From NCBI GenBank assembly GCA_964252035.1, contig OZ176212.1: a stretch of DNA of 64,000 nucleotides; one strand, written 5' to 3'. Every line of letters begins with the position of its first letter. Position 1 is the first letter of the stretch. Under the pieces are notes generated by a model, which saw nothing but the letters and a program-made list of their open reading frames with translations, made no database searches and was not told where the DNA came from. Positions 35,916 through 50,168 of the stretch are shown here, one piece after another. This DNA is from Podarcis erhardii (lineage: Eukaryota). The translations under genes were made by a program, and so were the position numbers.

Positions 35916-38900
35916 CCAAAGTGGTGCCACTCACCCCTAACTCAGACAGCTGCTCCAGAAGGATACCATGGTATTGAAATCCACTGGGAGGTTGAGGAGA
36001 ATTAACAAGGACACATTTTCCCCATCTCTCTCCAACATAGATAATCGCACAGGGTGATCAAAGCATTTTCTGTGCCACAACCGGGCCTAAACCTGGTTAG
36101 TGAACTGAGTTAAACTACAGTTGTCTGTTTTGGGTATAACAGGGAACTGTAGAGTAAGCTGAACTTAAACAAACCCAATGCAGATTATTTGTTGGTTGAA
36201 AAGGGGGACAATAACGTACTTGTTATTATTTGATTGCAGTGTTCCCATTTTCAAAGCTTCTACAAAGTGGTTGTGTTGTCTTTACAGTAAGAGGCAAATC
36301 TTAAATTAAGAAATAGATTCACAGAGTATTTATGAAATGTTACAGTAAAGGAAAGATATTTACAAATTAACAGCTTTTTCTCCAAGCATCCTTGTCCCTT
36401 GAATATTATGTTAAACTCTGGTCTGGGCTATGTGTGACATGTCTCTGTGTAACGTAATGTATATCTCTGTGCATGTATGTATTTGTGTGTATTTCAGTAT
36501 TTGGAAAACAGTTTCTCATAGACTTCACTTACTATGTGAAGAGATATATTCTACAGTTACAAAACACCATATTTTCTCTGTGGACTTTAAAAAAAACCAA
36601 TGTAGTTGTCATTTTTCTGAAACCTTGAAGAATAGTTCTAGCATCCCCTCCCTAGATATCAGAGGTTACCTCTTCTTAGTGTGCATTCGGGTGTTGCATT
36701 GTTTTCTTCAGTGTTATCTGTAATACTGGTTGTTGAAAGCTTCAAGGAGTATCAGTGCCAGCCAGTACTCATCACTGAACAAAGTTGATCAAGCCACTGT
36801 CCCATAGCACATCAAAAGTAGTATTGTGCATGCTTGGAAGTAAGCTTAACTCAGATTAGTGGGAGCATCCAAGTACATTTCATACTGGATGGATAACAGA
36901 GTACAATCGTAAACCAACCAGTTTGTGTACCCAGAAGCAAGGAGCAAATTGGCATCAAGTGCCAGAGATATCTATAAACATAGTAGTATAAGAATTGAGG
37001 TTCAGTATTCTGTCAGTTGCCAGCCAGATGCTCCAAGGAATTCCAAAAGCAAAACTTTAAGGTAGTATTTATTTAATAGGTATAATGTAATCTGCTTGTG
37101 GAAATCATTTCCCCATAACCACCTTTTTTCAGTACCATTTCACTGTAGCATTGTCTATGGCACATGTGCAACTGCCGTACACTGACAGACCACTGGTCTA
37201 ACTAGCCCAGCATTGTCTACTGCAGCTCTCTGTGGTCCCAAGGGACCATTTGCATACACAGCATATGCTGCACCACACTAAACTATGAGTCCTCCCATTA
37301 ACCCAGGATCCACACATACAAGTGAGATCTGCTGGGATGAAGTTGTCCAGAATGGTTAATTCCTTTTAATTTCTGTGGAAGTTCTAGAGCAGGGTTGGGT
37401 TTCCCCATTTGGGCTGCCAGGCTGTCCACCTGCCCCACACCTGATGTCATATGTGATTTCAGGTGTGCAGCAGGCAAAGATGTGGCCACAGAAATCAGGA
37501 CTGAACTACGTGTGCATCTTGCTTGATTTGTGTGCGCCAGCTTGGGATCCACCTCAGTGGTTTATTTTTCAGCTTTGCTTTTAGATGTTGCAAGGCTTCA
37601 ATCATTTCCCCAGGAGATGATTAGTTATTATCAATAGTATTTCTTAGAGTGGCGAATGGCACTATTTAGTGGGAAGAAACTCCAATGAAAATCCTCATTA
37701 TTACATATTTTTACATGGCTGTTTTTTTGTTTATATTTTAAAATTTTATATATGGATGTTTTATGATGGCCTAATGCCTAATAAAGGTTTGGTGAAGTAA
37801 GTAGATTAGTTATTAATTCCATATCCTTGTGATCATTTGGAGATAATTTCTTGGAGTATCGTCTGTGCAACAAGTTGAAACGTCAAGAGTTTTCATGGAA
37901 GCATTCCGAGTTGCAGATACCAGATTATATTATTACTTCTTCCTATTTGAGCTTGATCCCTGCTGCCTTCTATAGTGCTTATCTCCTCCAGCAAGCCATG
38001 TTAATGCAAAGAGAGTCTGAGAAGTCCACCCCCCCTTCTCACTTGCACCCACACATACTCTCCCTCTCTCTCACACACACACAATCCCTCCCAGTGTCAA
38101 CTCTGGTGAAGAACATGGGATAATTGCAGCCTGTTAATTTTGGACAAAAACCTGTAACTTATCAAACTGCATCCCCCCCCCCCCCCGCTGAGTTTGTGAC
38201 AGTAACAATTATCTATGGATTGCTGGACCTCTGAGGGCAGCCCCCATTTGCCTCAGATGGCCTCAACTCTTTGTAATAAGACAGTGCTCTAGTGTCTGGA
38301 GCTTAGCTCACATAGTCAGTCCAGAGACCTATGGTTCTCATATCAGTGCAAAACTTAAGAAGCAATGTTCTTTGTATAATGGAAAGTCCTTGAAACATTG
38401 TGGTGAGTTTGCCACTCAGGATGAGACAGACCTAATGACACGATCCAGGATATGAGGAGGAACAAGGCATAAGGAGTATAACAGTGGATTTCCTGGTGAA
38501 AACACACAGAGAAATGGTTGGACACAGTATTAAACATATCTGGGAGGCTTGGCTCAGCCTTGATTTTTATACTCATGGCAGGATCTTTCCAGACTGATTT
38601 GTTATGGGACATGGCAGCAAAAGTCTGATGACTATTCTGTCCTTTACCCCCTATGAAATCAGTAATAATACCACAGGAAAGTTCTTATCTGTGAGAGTTG
38701 GTTACAGCACCTGCTAGAAAATGTTTACCATGGGCGTACTGTGGGATTATTTGCTGCTGAAGACTTTATCTCTGACTAGTGTGAGGAGCAGCAGAAGAGA
38801 GTTGTAGAAATTAGTTTATAGCTAGCTCAAGCCAGTTTCAAAAACAGTGTGCACTGTTGTATCCTCAGTGCCAAGCTTTTTCATTAAAAAAAAAGCACCC

Positions 38901-39074
38901 AACAGAGAAAAACAGCTGAGATCCCTGTTGATGCCTAGGAAGAATAACAACCTGCCTTGTCTCTACTTAAAACAGAAATAATAAGATGCAATAAAAACAG
39001 CAAAGAAACCTAGCCAGCAAATAAAACTTTTAACAGCAGTAGCAGTAAAATATATAACATGAACAGAAGAATTA

Positions 39075-39333
39075 CCGTATTTTTTGCTCTATAAGACTCA
39101 CTTTTTCCCTCCTAAAAAGTAAGGGGAAATGTGTGTTCGTCTTATGGAGCGAACGCAGGCTGCGCAGCTATCCCAGAAGCCAGAACAGCAAGAGGGATTG
39201 CTGCTTTCACTGCGCAGTGATCCCTCTTGCTGTTCTGGCTTCTGAGATTCAGAATATTTTTTTGTTTGTTTTTCTCCTCCAAAAACTAGGTGCGTCTTGT
39301 GGTCTGGTGCGTCTTATAGAGCGAAAAATACGG
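39075..39333. mobile_element. pogo/Tc2-like MITE
   Basis: TA-CCGTATTTTTTGCTCTATAAGAC ... GTCTTATAGAGCGAAAAATACGG-TA. Confidence 0.85.
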
Positions 39334-41363
39334 TACATACCAATTATGGCAAGACCAAGCTATACAGTACCCCCTCAAAAGCCATAAAGCCTTCCTAAGC
39401 ATGAATTCTTAATTCTGTGGTGGAAGGCCAGCAAGCAGGAAACAAAAATAACTTTCTTAGCCGGAGTGTTCCAAAGTCTGGGCCTGACACAAGAAAAAGC
39501 CCACTGACTCCTTCAAATGAAATGTCTGTTTGAAAGCAATGAAAGGTCTCTGTAGAGGACCTTTGTGTGTAGTCAGGCTCATACAGAAGGAAGTTACCCT
39601 TCACATATCCACTGTGCCCTTAGGTAGTTACCTTTTTAATCTCCGAAAGAGCAGTAGATAGATATGACAGATATGTCATAATTAGTACATTTATCTGTCC
39701 TCTTCAATAGAACTCAAGATGGTGTTGCCAGGGAGGCTCCCACACAGGCACTGACTAGACATAGAGTCGATCAGTTGCTGCATGAGGTGCCTTCAGGCCC
39801 TGATGTCTCCATAGCATCAGGACTATTAACCTCACAGTTAATCAGAGCTCAGGCTGCATTTTGGCTTAACTTCAGAACTACCTTGTTGTTTTCAATCCAC
39901 TTCATTTTGAATTATCAAATCCTTGGCCTTTTCACTTGGAGAAATATGCAGTATGTGGGAGCTTTCCTTCTGTTCCATACAGAAACTTCTTAATGATCTC
40001 CCTTAATGGAACTATTTAGTTGTTAGTGCAAATAGGAGGAGAAAGTGAGGGTATTCTTACAGTCCTTTCTCCTTCCACCATTTGCACATATAAATAAAGT
40101 ACCCATTGACTTCCTCTTCAGCTGACTTTGCCTCCATGTATAGGCTCTGGGCATTACCTCCCAAACCACATGCACCACTACAAATATTTCCATGCTGTTG
40201 TGATTTGTATGCACGTCACCAATTTATTGTGATTGTCCAGAGCCACTTGGAAAGCACTTAGCTGCAGGTAAGCAACTTCCATTTTCTCTCTGTGCAGTTT
40301 TGGTTCTCTTGGACTTAGAATTATGGTGTGGGGTCTAGAGTAACTTTTCGTTGTAACCGCAGCCTGCCTTTGTCTATTTCCTGGCTCATGATTCTTGTCC
40401 ATTTACAACATTCAGTCATTAGGGCTGCCTCCTGATACAGGGGAGAAAATCAAGTCATCTTTATATCGTACAGGTATAAAGGAATTGATAAAAGTTCTGA
40501 AAAGTCTGTTATGTCAGCAGAGAGACTAAAAAAATGAGGTCCACAGTAACACTTTCTCAAATTCTTCTCAGTAGACACTCTGCATGTTGCCCAAGCCCAC
40601 ATAACTAAGAAAACCCCACATTCTTCCCCTCTTCAGCCAGTAACATCTTTTGGGAGACTAAAGAGGCTCAGATCCTGAAGAAAATAGAGACTTATGTCCC
40701 CAAACACTGCCACAATTCAAGCTCATTTTTGTCACTAAGTCCTTTATGCATAAATTGTAGGAGGTTGTGGATTCCTGCTCTTCTGGACGCCCTATTACAA
40801 AAAAGTAGATATCTACCTCTTGATTCTAAAAAGTGGGAATTGACAAATTCCTGACAACAGTGACCAACTGTGGTGATGAATGACTTATTTACCTTTACAG
40901 AATAAATTGCTCTGAACATTTTTTGTTTGCTTTCTTATATAAAGAACCCCTTATTACTGTCATGCTCTAGTGCACTTTCATGCAAAGCAAGGCATGGCCC
41001 ACAAAATTCTTAAAATGGTAGTAGTAGTGATCTGAACCTAGTAGTAAAAGGGGGAAAAATCTGTTATCTTTGGACTTTTTGATTTTTTGCTTTTGTTTTT
41101 GTTGCCAGTTGATGCACCTCACTGATCAGTTGCTTTTAACAGTTTCACCTTAGTTGCTTTGATGCTGCCACTGAAACTTGAATTTGGCGTTTTCTAGTCC
41201 TGCCTTTTCTTGCTAATGCCTGATATTTCTGCTAGCTGACGGTCACATATGCATGCACACTCTTTGCATTATGAAGATGAATTCAAGCACATTTTGCACC
41301 AAGGACAGGCCATACTCCAGAACTGATCTCCTTTTGCTGAGTGCTGAATGTGTGTATTTCCAG

Positions 41364-41450
41364 GCTCTCCCCTCCAGATACCAGTTGATGATGGATCTGA
41401 TGAACCAGAGTCTGAGGCTTCTGATGCTAAGAGTACCCCAACTGTGGAAG
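41364..41450 (+). CDS. MAPT: Tau exon 2 (N1 insert), 87 nt
   Basis: ttccAG acceptor, GSPLQIPVDDGSDEPESEASDAKSTPTVE, donor GAAG|GTGGGA; same length as the human exon. Confidence 0.95.
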
Positions 41451-43264
41451 GTGGGAACTCTTTGTCTCGTTACTTTGAAATTCACAGCAGTCAGCACTTT
41501 ATTTTTTAGAAGTGCACCAATATGTTTCCCTCCCAAATAAGCAGAGACTTTCTTTCATTGTTGCTTCCAATTTTAAATTATCTGTATTTAGTTTTGACAG
41601 TTGCTGACACAAGAATCACTATACACAGGATAAACTGCATTCCTACTTCCTCAAATCCAGCATGTCTACATTCAGCCAAATAATATATTCAAGGTCCTTG
41701 ATAGGGTGTTAGATTTTGACATTCTTTTAACAATTATTATGCAGTAAGAAATTAAACAGAAAAACTTTGTCTGCAGGAAGGCCCTTTCCAGCCCACTGAA
41801 GAAAATTCAGACTGTAGCCACTTTCTCTTAAGGCTCTATCTATACTACTTAAGGCTCTATCTATACTACAGTCACTGCCAAACTGAACTTGATTTCACGA
41901 ACTCTGGTCTTCCTACAGCATCTACACTGTAAATTTCTAAGCATAATAGGGATTTGTATTGTATGCAAGCTTAACTAGACTGCTGTCTTACATACTGCAA
42001 ACAAACTGATGATGTGCTAGTCATTTGAGAACTGAAAGAAATATTGTTCATTAATACATTATAATCCAGAAATCATTCTTGCGCAACACAGGTGAGTAGA
42101 TGGAATTTTGGCAACAAATATCAAAAGATTGAACAATACACAAAACTGAAGCAAATTTATTTGTAACCATATCCTTAGAACATCATCAAACAGAAATATT
42201 TTGAAGGATATCAGACATTTTGAGCTCCTGGCATCAGTATTGTTAGGGAAATCAACAAAAAAGGGAAAAGATCTTATAAAAATTATTCACTCTGAAGATC
42301 TTTAGCTGAAGAAGGACAGTGGATCTATGTGCCAGTCCTTTGAAAAGGGCCAAAATAGCTAACATAATAATAGTTTATCACTTGTTACTCTGGGCTTCTT
42401 TGGGAGCAAGGGCAGGATATAAATTTAGTAAATAAGCCAGTCAAGTCAACTTTGCTGTCCCTAGATCTCTTCTCTCAGAAAAAACTGGAGGTAAAAGTAA
42501 AAAAATAATAATCTCCCATTGTACTCCCATTGTCTGTCTCATTGTTTGTCCTGTCTATGTTCTGTCTCTTGCTTTGCTTGAGTGAAAAACGTGGGTTAAG
42601 GAGTTGATAGCGGAGCATAAATTGTATACTCTGTAACTTGCCATGAGTGGTAAGTCAAGGCCTTTAACACCACTGACCTACCCAAGAAAACAGACACTGC
42701 TTGGGAAGTTTCTGGTGTCATGTTTAATATTTTTGCCATCAGACTTAGTGGTGAACCCTCTGTTCTTTGTATGGCCACTTTCCTATTTTGATCACCCATA
42801 AACACAAACCTATGTCACATGTGCCAGGGCTCAGTTTAGGTATCCCCTTGATCAAGAAGAATCAAAAATGAGTCCATGAAAGTCTGCCACCTACAAACCT
42901 CTGGATGACTCCATGAGCTGACAAGTAAACATGGGGGTGAGGAGAACTACACATTTTATTTTCAAGGAGGTGGAATGAATTGAACAAGGGTCTTGGATGT
43001 GAGCTTCGGGTTCAAATTCCTTTTCAAGCTTGCAGTTTGTGTGGCTTTGAGCAATAATTAGTATGCAGATTTATATCCCAAACCTTCTGGATGCAAACCC
43101 CATCCTCATCTCATCTGAAGAAAACATGGTACATGACTGCCTTTGAGTTGCCATCTTTTACAGCAGGCTATTACTTCATTTTCTTCAAGTAGCTAATATC
43201 TGAAGAATTTTGTTTTTCAGTGCTTTTAAAATGACAGTTGCTTCATTTTGCCTTTTTGTTTCAG

Positions 43265-43351
43265 ATGCTACTGCTCCATTAGTGGAGGAGAGAGTGCATG
43301 AGAATCGAAATGCAACTCGCCAGCATGCAGAGATACCTGAAGGAAATACAG
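43265..43351 (+). CDS. MAPT: Tau exon 3 (N2 insert), 87 nt
   Basis: tttcAG acceptor, DATAPLVEERVHENRNATRQHAEIPEGNT, donor ACAG|GTGAGG. Confidence 0.95.
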
Positions 43352-46300
43352 GTGAGGCCTCTTAGGAAGAAAATGGTATGAAGAAAAGATTGAAATAGGG
43401 CCTCTTCACACATGACCAAATTCCTTCCTGGTATGTTTAGTATATATGTGCTTCGCATTAGTTATTAATAGCACACACCCCTACAAATTAAACTATTAAA
43501 GATCCATGTAAGAAGACATCTTTTGCTGTGTTTTAAGGGGAGATCTCAATATTTATACATGTGTGCACCATTTATAACTGATGCAAAATTTATGTATTCT
43601 GTTTGTGTATATGTATGTATCATAGTTACATCCCCCTCTTACTTTATAAAGCTCTGAGTCAGTTTACATGAGGCTCCAAATGATCAGGTGCACACTTGCT
43701 TAATTTGAGCACCATTGCTACAGCAGGGTCCTCCATACCATTTACTGTTATGCATTCCCTGCTTCCCTGAGTGAGAAAAAGTACAGGGCAGGACTACAGA
43801 GTTTCATTTCTGAAACAAGAGAACACAGTATACTTACAATGTGTCTGTAATGTTTGTTCTTCTTTGCAGTCACACAAGTGGGTTGTGTACCTGTAGGGAG
43901 CAACATCTCAAATAAATAAATAAATAAATAAATAAATAGTGCTTCAGAAAGCAGGAGCTGGCCCTTGCTCTCTTTTCGTAAATGAGTGGATCTTAAGCTA
44001 TGAATGACTCTCAGGAGACAGGCAAGTTCCTGTCCAGTTGTTGTTGTTTTTTGGTTGTTGCCTGAACAGCATTATAGAACATATTATCCTTTTGAGATTT
44101 TGGGAGGGGTTTTTTCCTTACTTTTCTCTCAGAATTAATCCAGACAGTAGTTCAGTTTTGTGGTTACATTCAGTGTCAGAGTAGACCCATAGAAACTAAT
44201 GGACATGACTGACTTAGTTGAATGCAGCCCATTGAAATTAATAGACCTAAGTCCTACTCAAAATAGACCCATTGAAATGAGTGAATCAACTCTGAGTAGG
44301 ACTAACATTGAGTACTACCCAGTGGGCCATCTAAGAGTAAAATTTAGTTGGATACAACCACTTCTTTGTACACATTATCATTCCTTTCCTTTGTTCAGTG
44401 ACTGCTAAGTTCCAGGTTTTCTCCTGATTCACCCTACCCTAGGGCTGGCATTAGCTAGGTGAGATACACAAAGTAGTTTTGTGCTCTGTTGGTTTTATGC
44501 ACACTAGGTAAGCATGCAGGAAAGGAGCCTCTCATCTAAATGCCTCATCTGACAGTGTGCTTTTATAGGCCTTTGATATCAACAAGTGGTCTAAAGATGA
44601 TCATGAAGCTGCTTTTTGTTCCACCCTCCTATATCTATATCTGGAAAAAATACTTTGGCTTTCTGTTTGGACTTTCATATGCTAACAAAGTCTTTGAAAG
44701 GGCATGCCTATTTTTTCTCAATATATTTATTTTTGGCCAACATACACTGTTGAATTGACTTGCCAGTTTAGGAGACGTGGTTTTTTTATCTCTCTTTCAT
44801 TCTGACACCTTAGCCCATTTGCACTCCCCTATTGAAGGGACAAGTCACAATTCAGCAGCACTTTCATAGGCTACACCTTTGCCAGAGCTCTGCCAATCAG
44901 CTACCTGATCTACTTCCTCAAATTTTATCACAGACCATGCTAGCTATATCAGGGCCAGGGCAAATACAACCCTTAGGAGAGTCAGCCTACATAACTGGTT
45001 CAATTGAGCTGCCTCCATCCACCTTCGGGTAGCTCATCTTGGTAATCTCCATATATGTGACTGTGTGGAGCCCACGAATAAAAAGTCAAATTACTTCACG
45101 AGTGGGATAGCACTTGCTTGTCCCTTGAGGCATAAGCATCATGCAGGGTCTGCCCACTCAAGGGGAGAAAGCCAGTGTGAGCTCCTGAATTTCTAAAACT
45201 CTAGACATTTTTGAGATGCTGCTTTGTGCAGATGCAGAATCCGTATGTTCTGATTGCACAGAAGACCACTTAAACATTAGTTACAAGCAAACAACTTGTC
45301 TTTCCATTTACAAATATAGAAGTGGCCTGGAAGCAGTTGACTGCTACAACAGGAAAAGCAGTGATCCTTCATCAGTTTTCTAAAAAGAACAACTACTTAT
45401 GCCCCTATAAATCCCTTTAATTTCTCCCCATTTGATGATTTAAATTTAACTAAATTTGCAGCATTCTCTCTAAATTCAGACCCAGTATAAACAGTTTCTC
45501 TGCTCTTGCTAGCTCTGATTTGTGTCATATTCCACAAGCTGGTTGGGAGGAGAGAGATTTTCAGACCATTAAGGAAAATATCCCCAGTGACTAGGGAAGA
45601 TTAATGTTCATTTGACAAATCCCTAACCCCATCAAGTGACACTGTAGGCAGCAGCAATAATGATAGACTCAATAAAAATAATCAAGGCAGTTCAAGCTCA
45701 TAACAATATTGTAAAAAACAGCCCCTGGAGACAGTCCTAAAGTTATGAAACAAATAACTGAGCCTTGTAAAATGTGTTCCATTAAAAACCAAGATAAATG
45801 GGCAGATCAATCTTAATCATACCTTATGGAGGAAGCAGGGACTTGGGACTTCAAGAGCCCCCCCCCCCAAGGGAAAATGGGGGTGGGGGGATTGACCAGT
45901 TAAATAGGTGTGCTACACTTTGCTCTATGACTTTGTGAAGGCATGCACTAAATCTGAGGTTGAAGGAAAAAAATCAAGAAGCTGCTTGTACCTCCTAGAT
46001 ATGCTTGCTCCCATTGTTCTAAATGAGTATAGCCAAACCTAGGTCTGCATAGTATCAGGCTGTTAACCATTTTGTAGGGAAGGATACTCTCACTTTTGAG
46101 AAACTTCAGAATAAATTCATTACAATATATATGGTCAGATTTATTTTATTTTATTTATTTGTTTGTTTTTTAGTAAGATTCTATTTTATAAAAGCTGTCA
46201 ATTTTACTACATCCTTCTCCATGCTCTGGACATAATTCACTGCTGAATATGGCTCAAGAGTAGATCAGTGCTGATTTGTTTGAGAGGGGATGTTTCTATC

Positions 46301-46467
46301 CATTTCATCCCATTTTCATTTAAATGTGCTGCCATTCAGGTTCAGTATATTTTATTCCTCTGATATTAAAAAAATTTAAGTAAAACTGGTAAGAAGGTTA
46401 GAGGCATTTGTCTTGTACCATTTTTAATGTTGAAACCATTTTCCCATCCTCGACTTGAAAAATGTAG

Positions 46468-46530
46468 CTGAGGAAGCAGACTTAGGCTCTACTTCTAGCC
46501 TTGAAGACCATGCTGCGGGGGATGCTCAAG
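46468..46530 (+). CDS. MAPT: Tau exon 4, 63 nt
   Basis: tgtAG acceptor, AEEADLGSTSSLEDHAAGDAQ (human [22 protein letters not shown]), donor CAAG|GTAAGT. Confidence 0.93.
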
Positions 46531-47008
46531 GTAAGTACAGTATTGTTGCTCTGCAGAACTTAAAATGCTAAGCTCTGGACTGCTGGGTCGGGATGGAAGT
46601 TACAATCAGATAGAAATAATATTTGGTGTGTTGCGTCCTTTTTTATAGCCCACAAATATTAGCAATCCTGCTTTTATTTTTATGGTTGAATCCCCTATTT
46701 TCATTTTTGCTGGGTTCTGCAATTGCTGTTACCATGAAGGAAAGCATCTTAGAATCCTTATACTTCCATCATCTTTTGTGCTGCACTCTTTTATTAAGGA
46801 AATTAATGGAACTTAGTACAGTACAGACAATACTGCAATACCCCTTATTAAATCAGTGATTGGTCTTGTTTGGGAATTACCATAAACCATTGTTTTTCAT
46901 TAGTGAAATGAACCACAGCAAGTCTTGTATTTTCACGCTCCTCTGGCATGGTTAGGAAGAGTTTTTAAAAAAATTCTGTCCATTTGAACTGACTGCAGTT
47001 AAGCAATA

Positions 47009-47238
47009 CTGTGGTACCTTGGGTTACATATGCTTCAGGTTACAGACTCCGCTAACCCAGAAATAGTACCTCGGGTTAAGAACTTTGCTTCAGGATGAGA
47101 ACAGAAATCGTGCAGCGGTGCCCGCGGCAGCAGCATCGGGAGGCCCCATTAGCTAAAGTGGTGCTTCAGGTTAAGAACAGTTTCAGGTTAAGAACGGACC
47201 TCCAGAACGAATTAAGTACGTAACCAGAGGTACCACTG
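47009..47238 (+). mobile_element. Tc1/mariner MITE, CAGTGGTACC family, copy 2
   Basis: TA-CTGTGGTACCT (one mismatch)...AGGTACCACTG-TA. Confidence 0.88.
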
Positions 47239-48232
47239 TATGTTCAAATCAAGACAAATTGTGGTTTGTTAATTCTGTTCAGTTGAAACCAGCATACTTC
47301 AAACAATAGTCTGTGATGCTGGCTTTTTTCAACTAATTAAAGTTAAGATAAAATACGGTTAAGGTTTGGGATGCAGTGTTCGACTGTGGTTAATTGAAAT
47401 CAAAAGTCAAAGCTCCCTGTCTCCTCCTTACAGCCAAACTGGAGGGGAAGGGGGAGTCATTAGCTTGAGGCTAATGCATAGAACAAATCATTGTTAAACC
47501 ATTGTTTATTGTGGAGGCCATTCACCTTCACTACTGTTTTAGAATTTTAGCAACATGCCTCAAAAAAGATAGTAGAGAACTAGTAAAAAGTACAGGAAAG
47601 GGAGGTGGATGGTGGTGATTGAGTGTGGTGGAACACTGCCATTGTGGCCCTAAAGCTGTGACCTTTTTTTTTTTTTTTTAGCATGCCTTTTATAACCCAA
47701 AATAACAGAAATACATTTAGTACTATAGTGATAAAGGCCATGAGTGAATAAGATTACAGAATAATGATAGATGTTATGAAAATGAAAGTTTTCAGGTAAT
47801 TAACCTACAGATCTAATTTTTGAATTACTTCAACAAACTGGTTGAAGTAACTCTTGAAAATGGGAAGAAATATGTGTATGTCTCGTAGAACTGTTTTGAT
47901 AATAGAGGTGTATTTTTTTATACGTCCAGTATCAGTCTCTATTATTTTGCAATATTTGATAGATTTTATAAGTTAAATGCTTGTGTTTGTGTTTCATTAT
48001 CGTAACTCACATTTGAGAAGTACAATATTCAAACAGATTAGGAGTTCTGAGGACTACTTTTAGGCTAACCAAAGTAGAGTTGACTATAGCAAATGGTGCT
48101 GTGGTATTCAGTTTTGCTCTTTTAATGATATTCTCTCAAATATTTATAATTAATTTAGTAGTGTTCCAAAAATGGCTTTGTATTGATATAAACGTGCTAA
48201 CTTCTTACTGTGCTTAATGCCCTTCTTGTATA

Positions 48233-49926
48233 CCGTATTTTTCCTTCTATAACACGCAGATTTTTTCTTCTAAAAAGGAAGGGGAAATGTCTGTGCGTGT
48301 TATAGAGCGAATGTGTGGTCCCTGGAGCCGAAAAATCATGCAAAAATCAAATCGCGGCGCTGCACGCTGCACGGAGAAGCGAAACCTGAAAAGAGGAAGC
48401 GGCTGCTTTCCTGCATTCTGCCTCAGGGTCTTACTGCCCACCCTCCTCTGTTTCGTTGCTGTGTTTGCTGAAACGGAACAAAGAGCAGGGAAAGCCCCTC
48501 CCCTCCAGGCAAGCTCCGGTGCNNNNNNNNNNNNNNNNNNNNNNNNNNNNNNNNNNNNNNNNNNNNNNNNNNNNNNNNNNNNNNNNNNNNNNNNNNNNNN
48601 NNNNNNNNNNNNNNNNNNNNNNNNNNNNNNNNNNNNNNNNNNNNNNNNNNNNNNNNNNNNNNNNNNNGAAACTTTTGCCTTTCTTTCCTCCCTCCCGTTA
48701 AATCCCTCTCCTGCATTCTTAGCCAGCTGCTTCTCTGCACACCCCTCTAATGTCCCTTCTTTGTTTTTCCTTCGCTCCCCACTTAAAATGTGGTTACAAA
48801 GCATGGATCCACAGGGATCCTCAGGATCTTTGCATTGGGTCACCCCAAATTCACCATCAGATCACATAGCATGTCCATGGCTACAGCCTGCACCAAAAAA
48901 ATCAGGCACCCACTGTTGCTTGGGGCTGCAGTGGTGCAAAAATGTGGTTTAAAAGCATGGATCCACAGGGATTCTCAGGATCCTTGCATTGGGTCACCCC
49001 AAATTCACCATCAGATCACATAGCATGTCCATGGCTACAGCCTGCACCAAAAAAATCACGCACCCACTGTTGCCTGGGGCTGCAATGGTGCAAAAATGTG
49101 GTTACAAAGCATGGATCCACAGGGATTCTCAGGATCTTTGCATTGGGTCACCCCAAATTCACCATCAGATCACATAGCATGTCCATGGCTACAGCCTGCC
49201 CCCCCAAAATCACGCACCCACTGTTGCCTGGGGCTGCAATGGTGCAAAAATGTGGTTAAAAAGCATGGATCCCCAGGGATTCTCAGGATCCTTGCATTGG
49301 GTCACCCCAAATTCACCATCAGATCACATAGCATGTCCATGGCTACAGCCTGCCCCCCCAAAATCACGCACCCACTGTTGCCTGGGGCTGCAATGGTGCA
49401 AAAATGTGGTTAAAAAGCATGGATCCACAGGAATTCTCAGGATTTTGGCATTGGGTCACCCCAAATTCACCATCAGATCACATAGCATGTCCATGGCTAC
49501 AGCCTGCCCCCCCCCAAATCACATACCCACTGTTGCCTGGGGCTGCAATGGTGCAAAAACGTGGTTACAAACCATGGATCCACATGGATCCTCAGGATCT
49601 TTGCATTGGGTCAGCCCAAATTCACCATCAGAGCACATAGCATGTCCATGGCTACAGCCTGCCCCCAAAAAATCACGCACCCACTGTTGCCTGGGGATGC
49701 AATGGTGCAAAAACGTGGTTACAAACCATGGATGCACAGGGATTCTCAGGATTTTTGCATTGGGTCAGCCCAAATTCACCATCAGATCACATGTCTGTGG
49801 CCACAGCATGAAGCACAAAAATGATACATCCACTGTTTCATTCAGAATGTTTTTTCCCTTGTTTTCCTCCTCTAAAAACGATGTGCGTGTTATGGTCAGG
49901 TGCGTGTTATAGAGCGAAAAATACGG
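48233..49926. mobile_element. pogo/Tc2-like MITE derivative carrying a tandem array
   Basis: TA-CCGTATTTT...TTATAGAGCGAAAAATACGG-TA; subterminal sequence shared with the MITE at 39075-39333; includes an N gap at 48523-48667. Confidence 0.8.
48785..49792. repeat. 154-bp tandem repeat, ~6.5 copies
   Basis: Unit starts near 48785, 48939, 49093, 49247, 49401, 49556 and 49710; units are highly similar. Confidence 0.95.
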
Positions 49927-50168
49927 TACCTTGATAGAATTGCATAACTCAGTATTGCTGAGGAGAGTGGAACCAAGAATTTAGGAACACATTGCAAATG
50001 GGTTAAGAATGAAATCACTCAAAATCCAAAATAGCTTGTTTATCTGAGCACCTATGAAATCATCCAAGGCATATTATAGCTACTCTCACATTTCCTAGAA
50101 TTTACTCCCTTTGTGGGAGATCATGGGCTAGAGATATTTTTGGGGGGGGAGAATCTCTGCATCACTAG

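Noticed and set aside
48785-49912. Repeating ORFs (105-220 aa) and a CRISPR-like look in the 154-bp array
   Set aside because: The ORFs are by-products of tandem units, there are no unique spacers, and the context is vertebrate.
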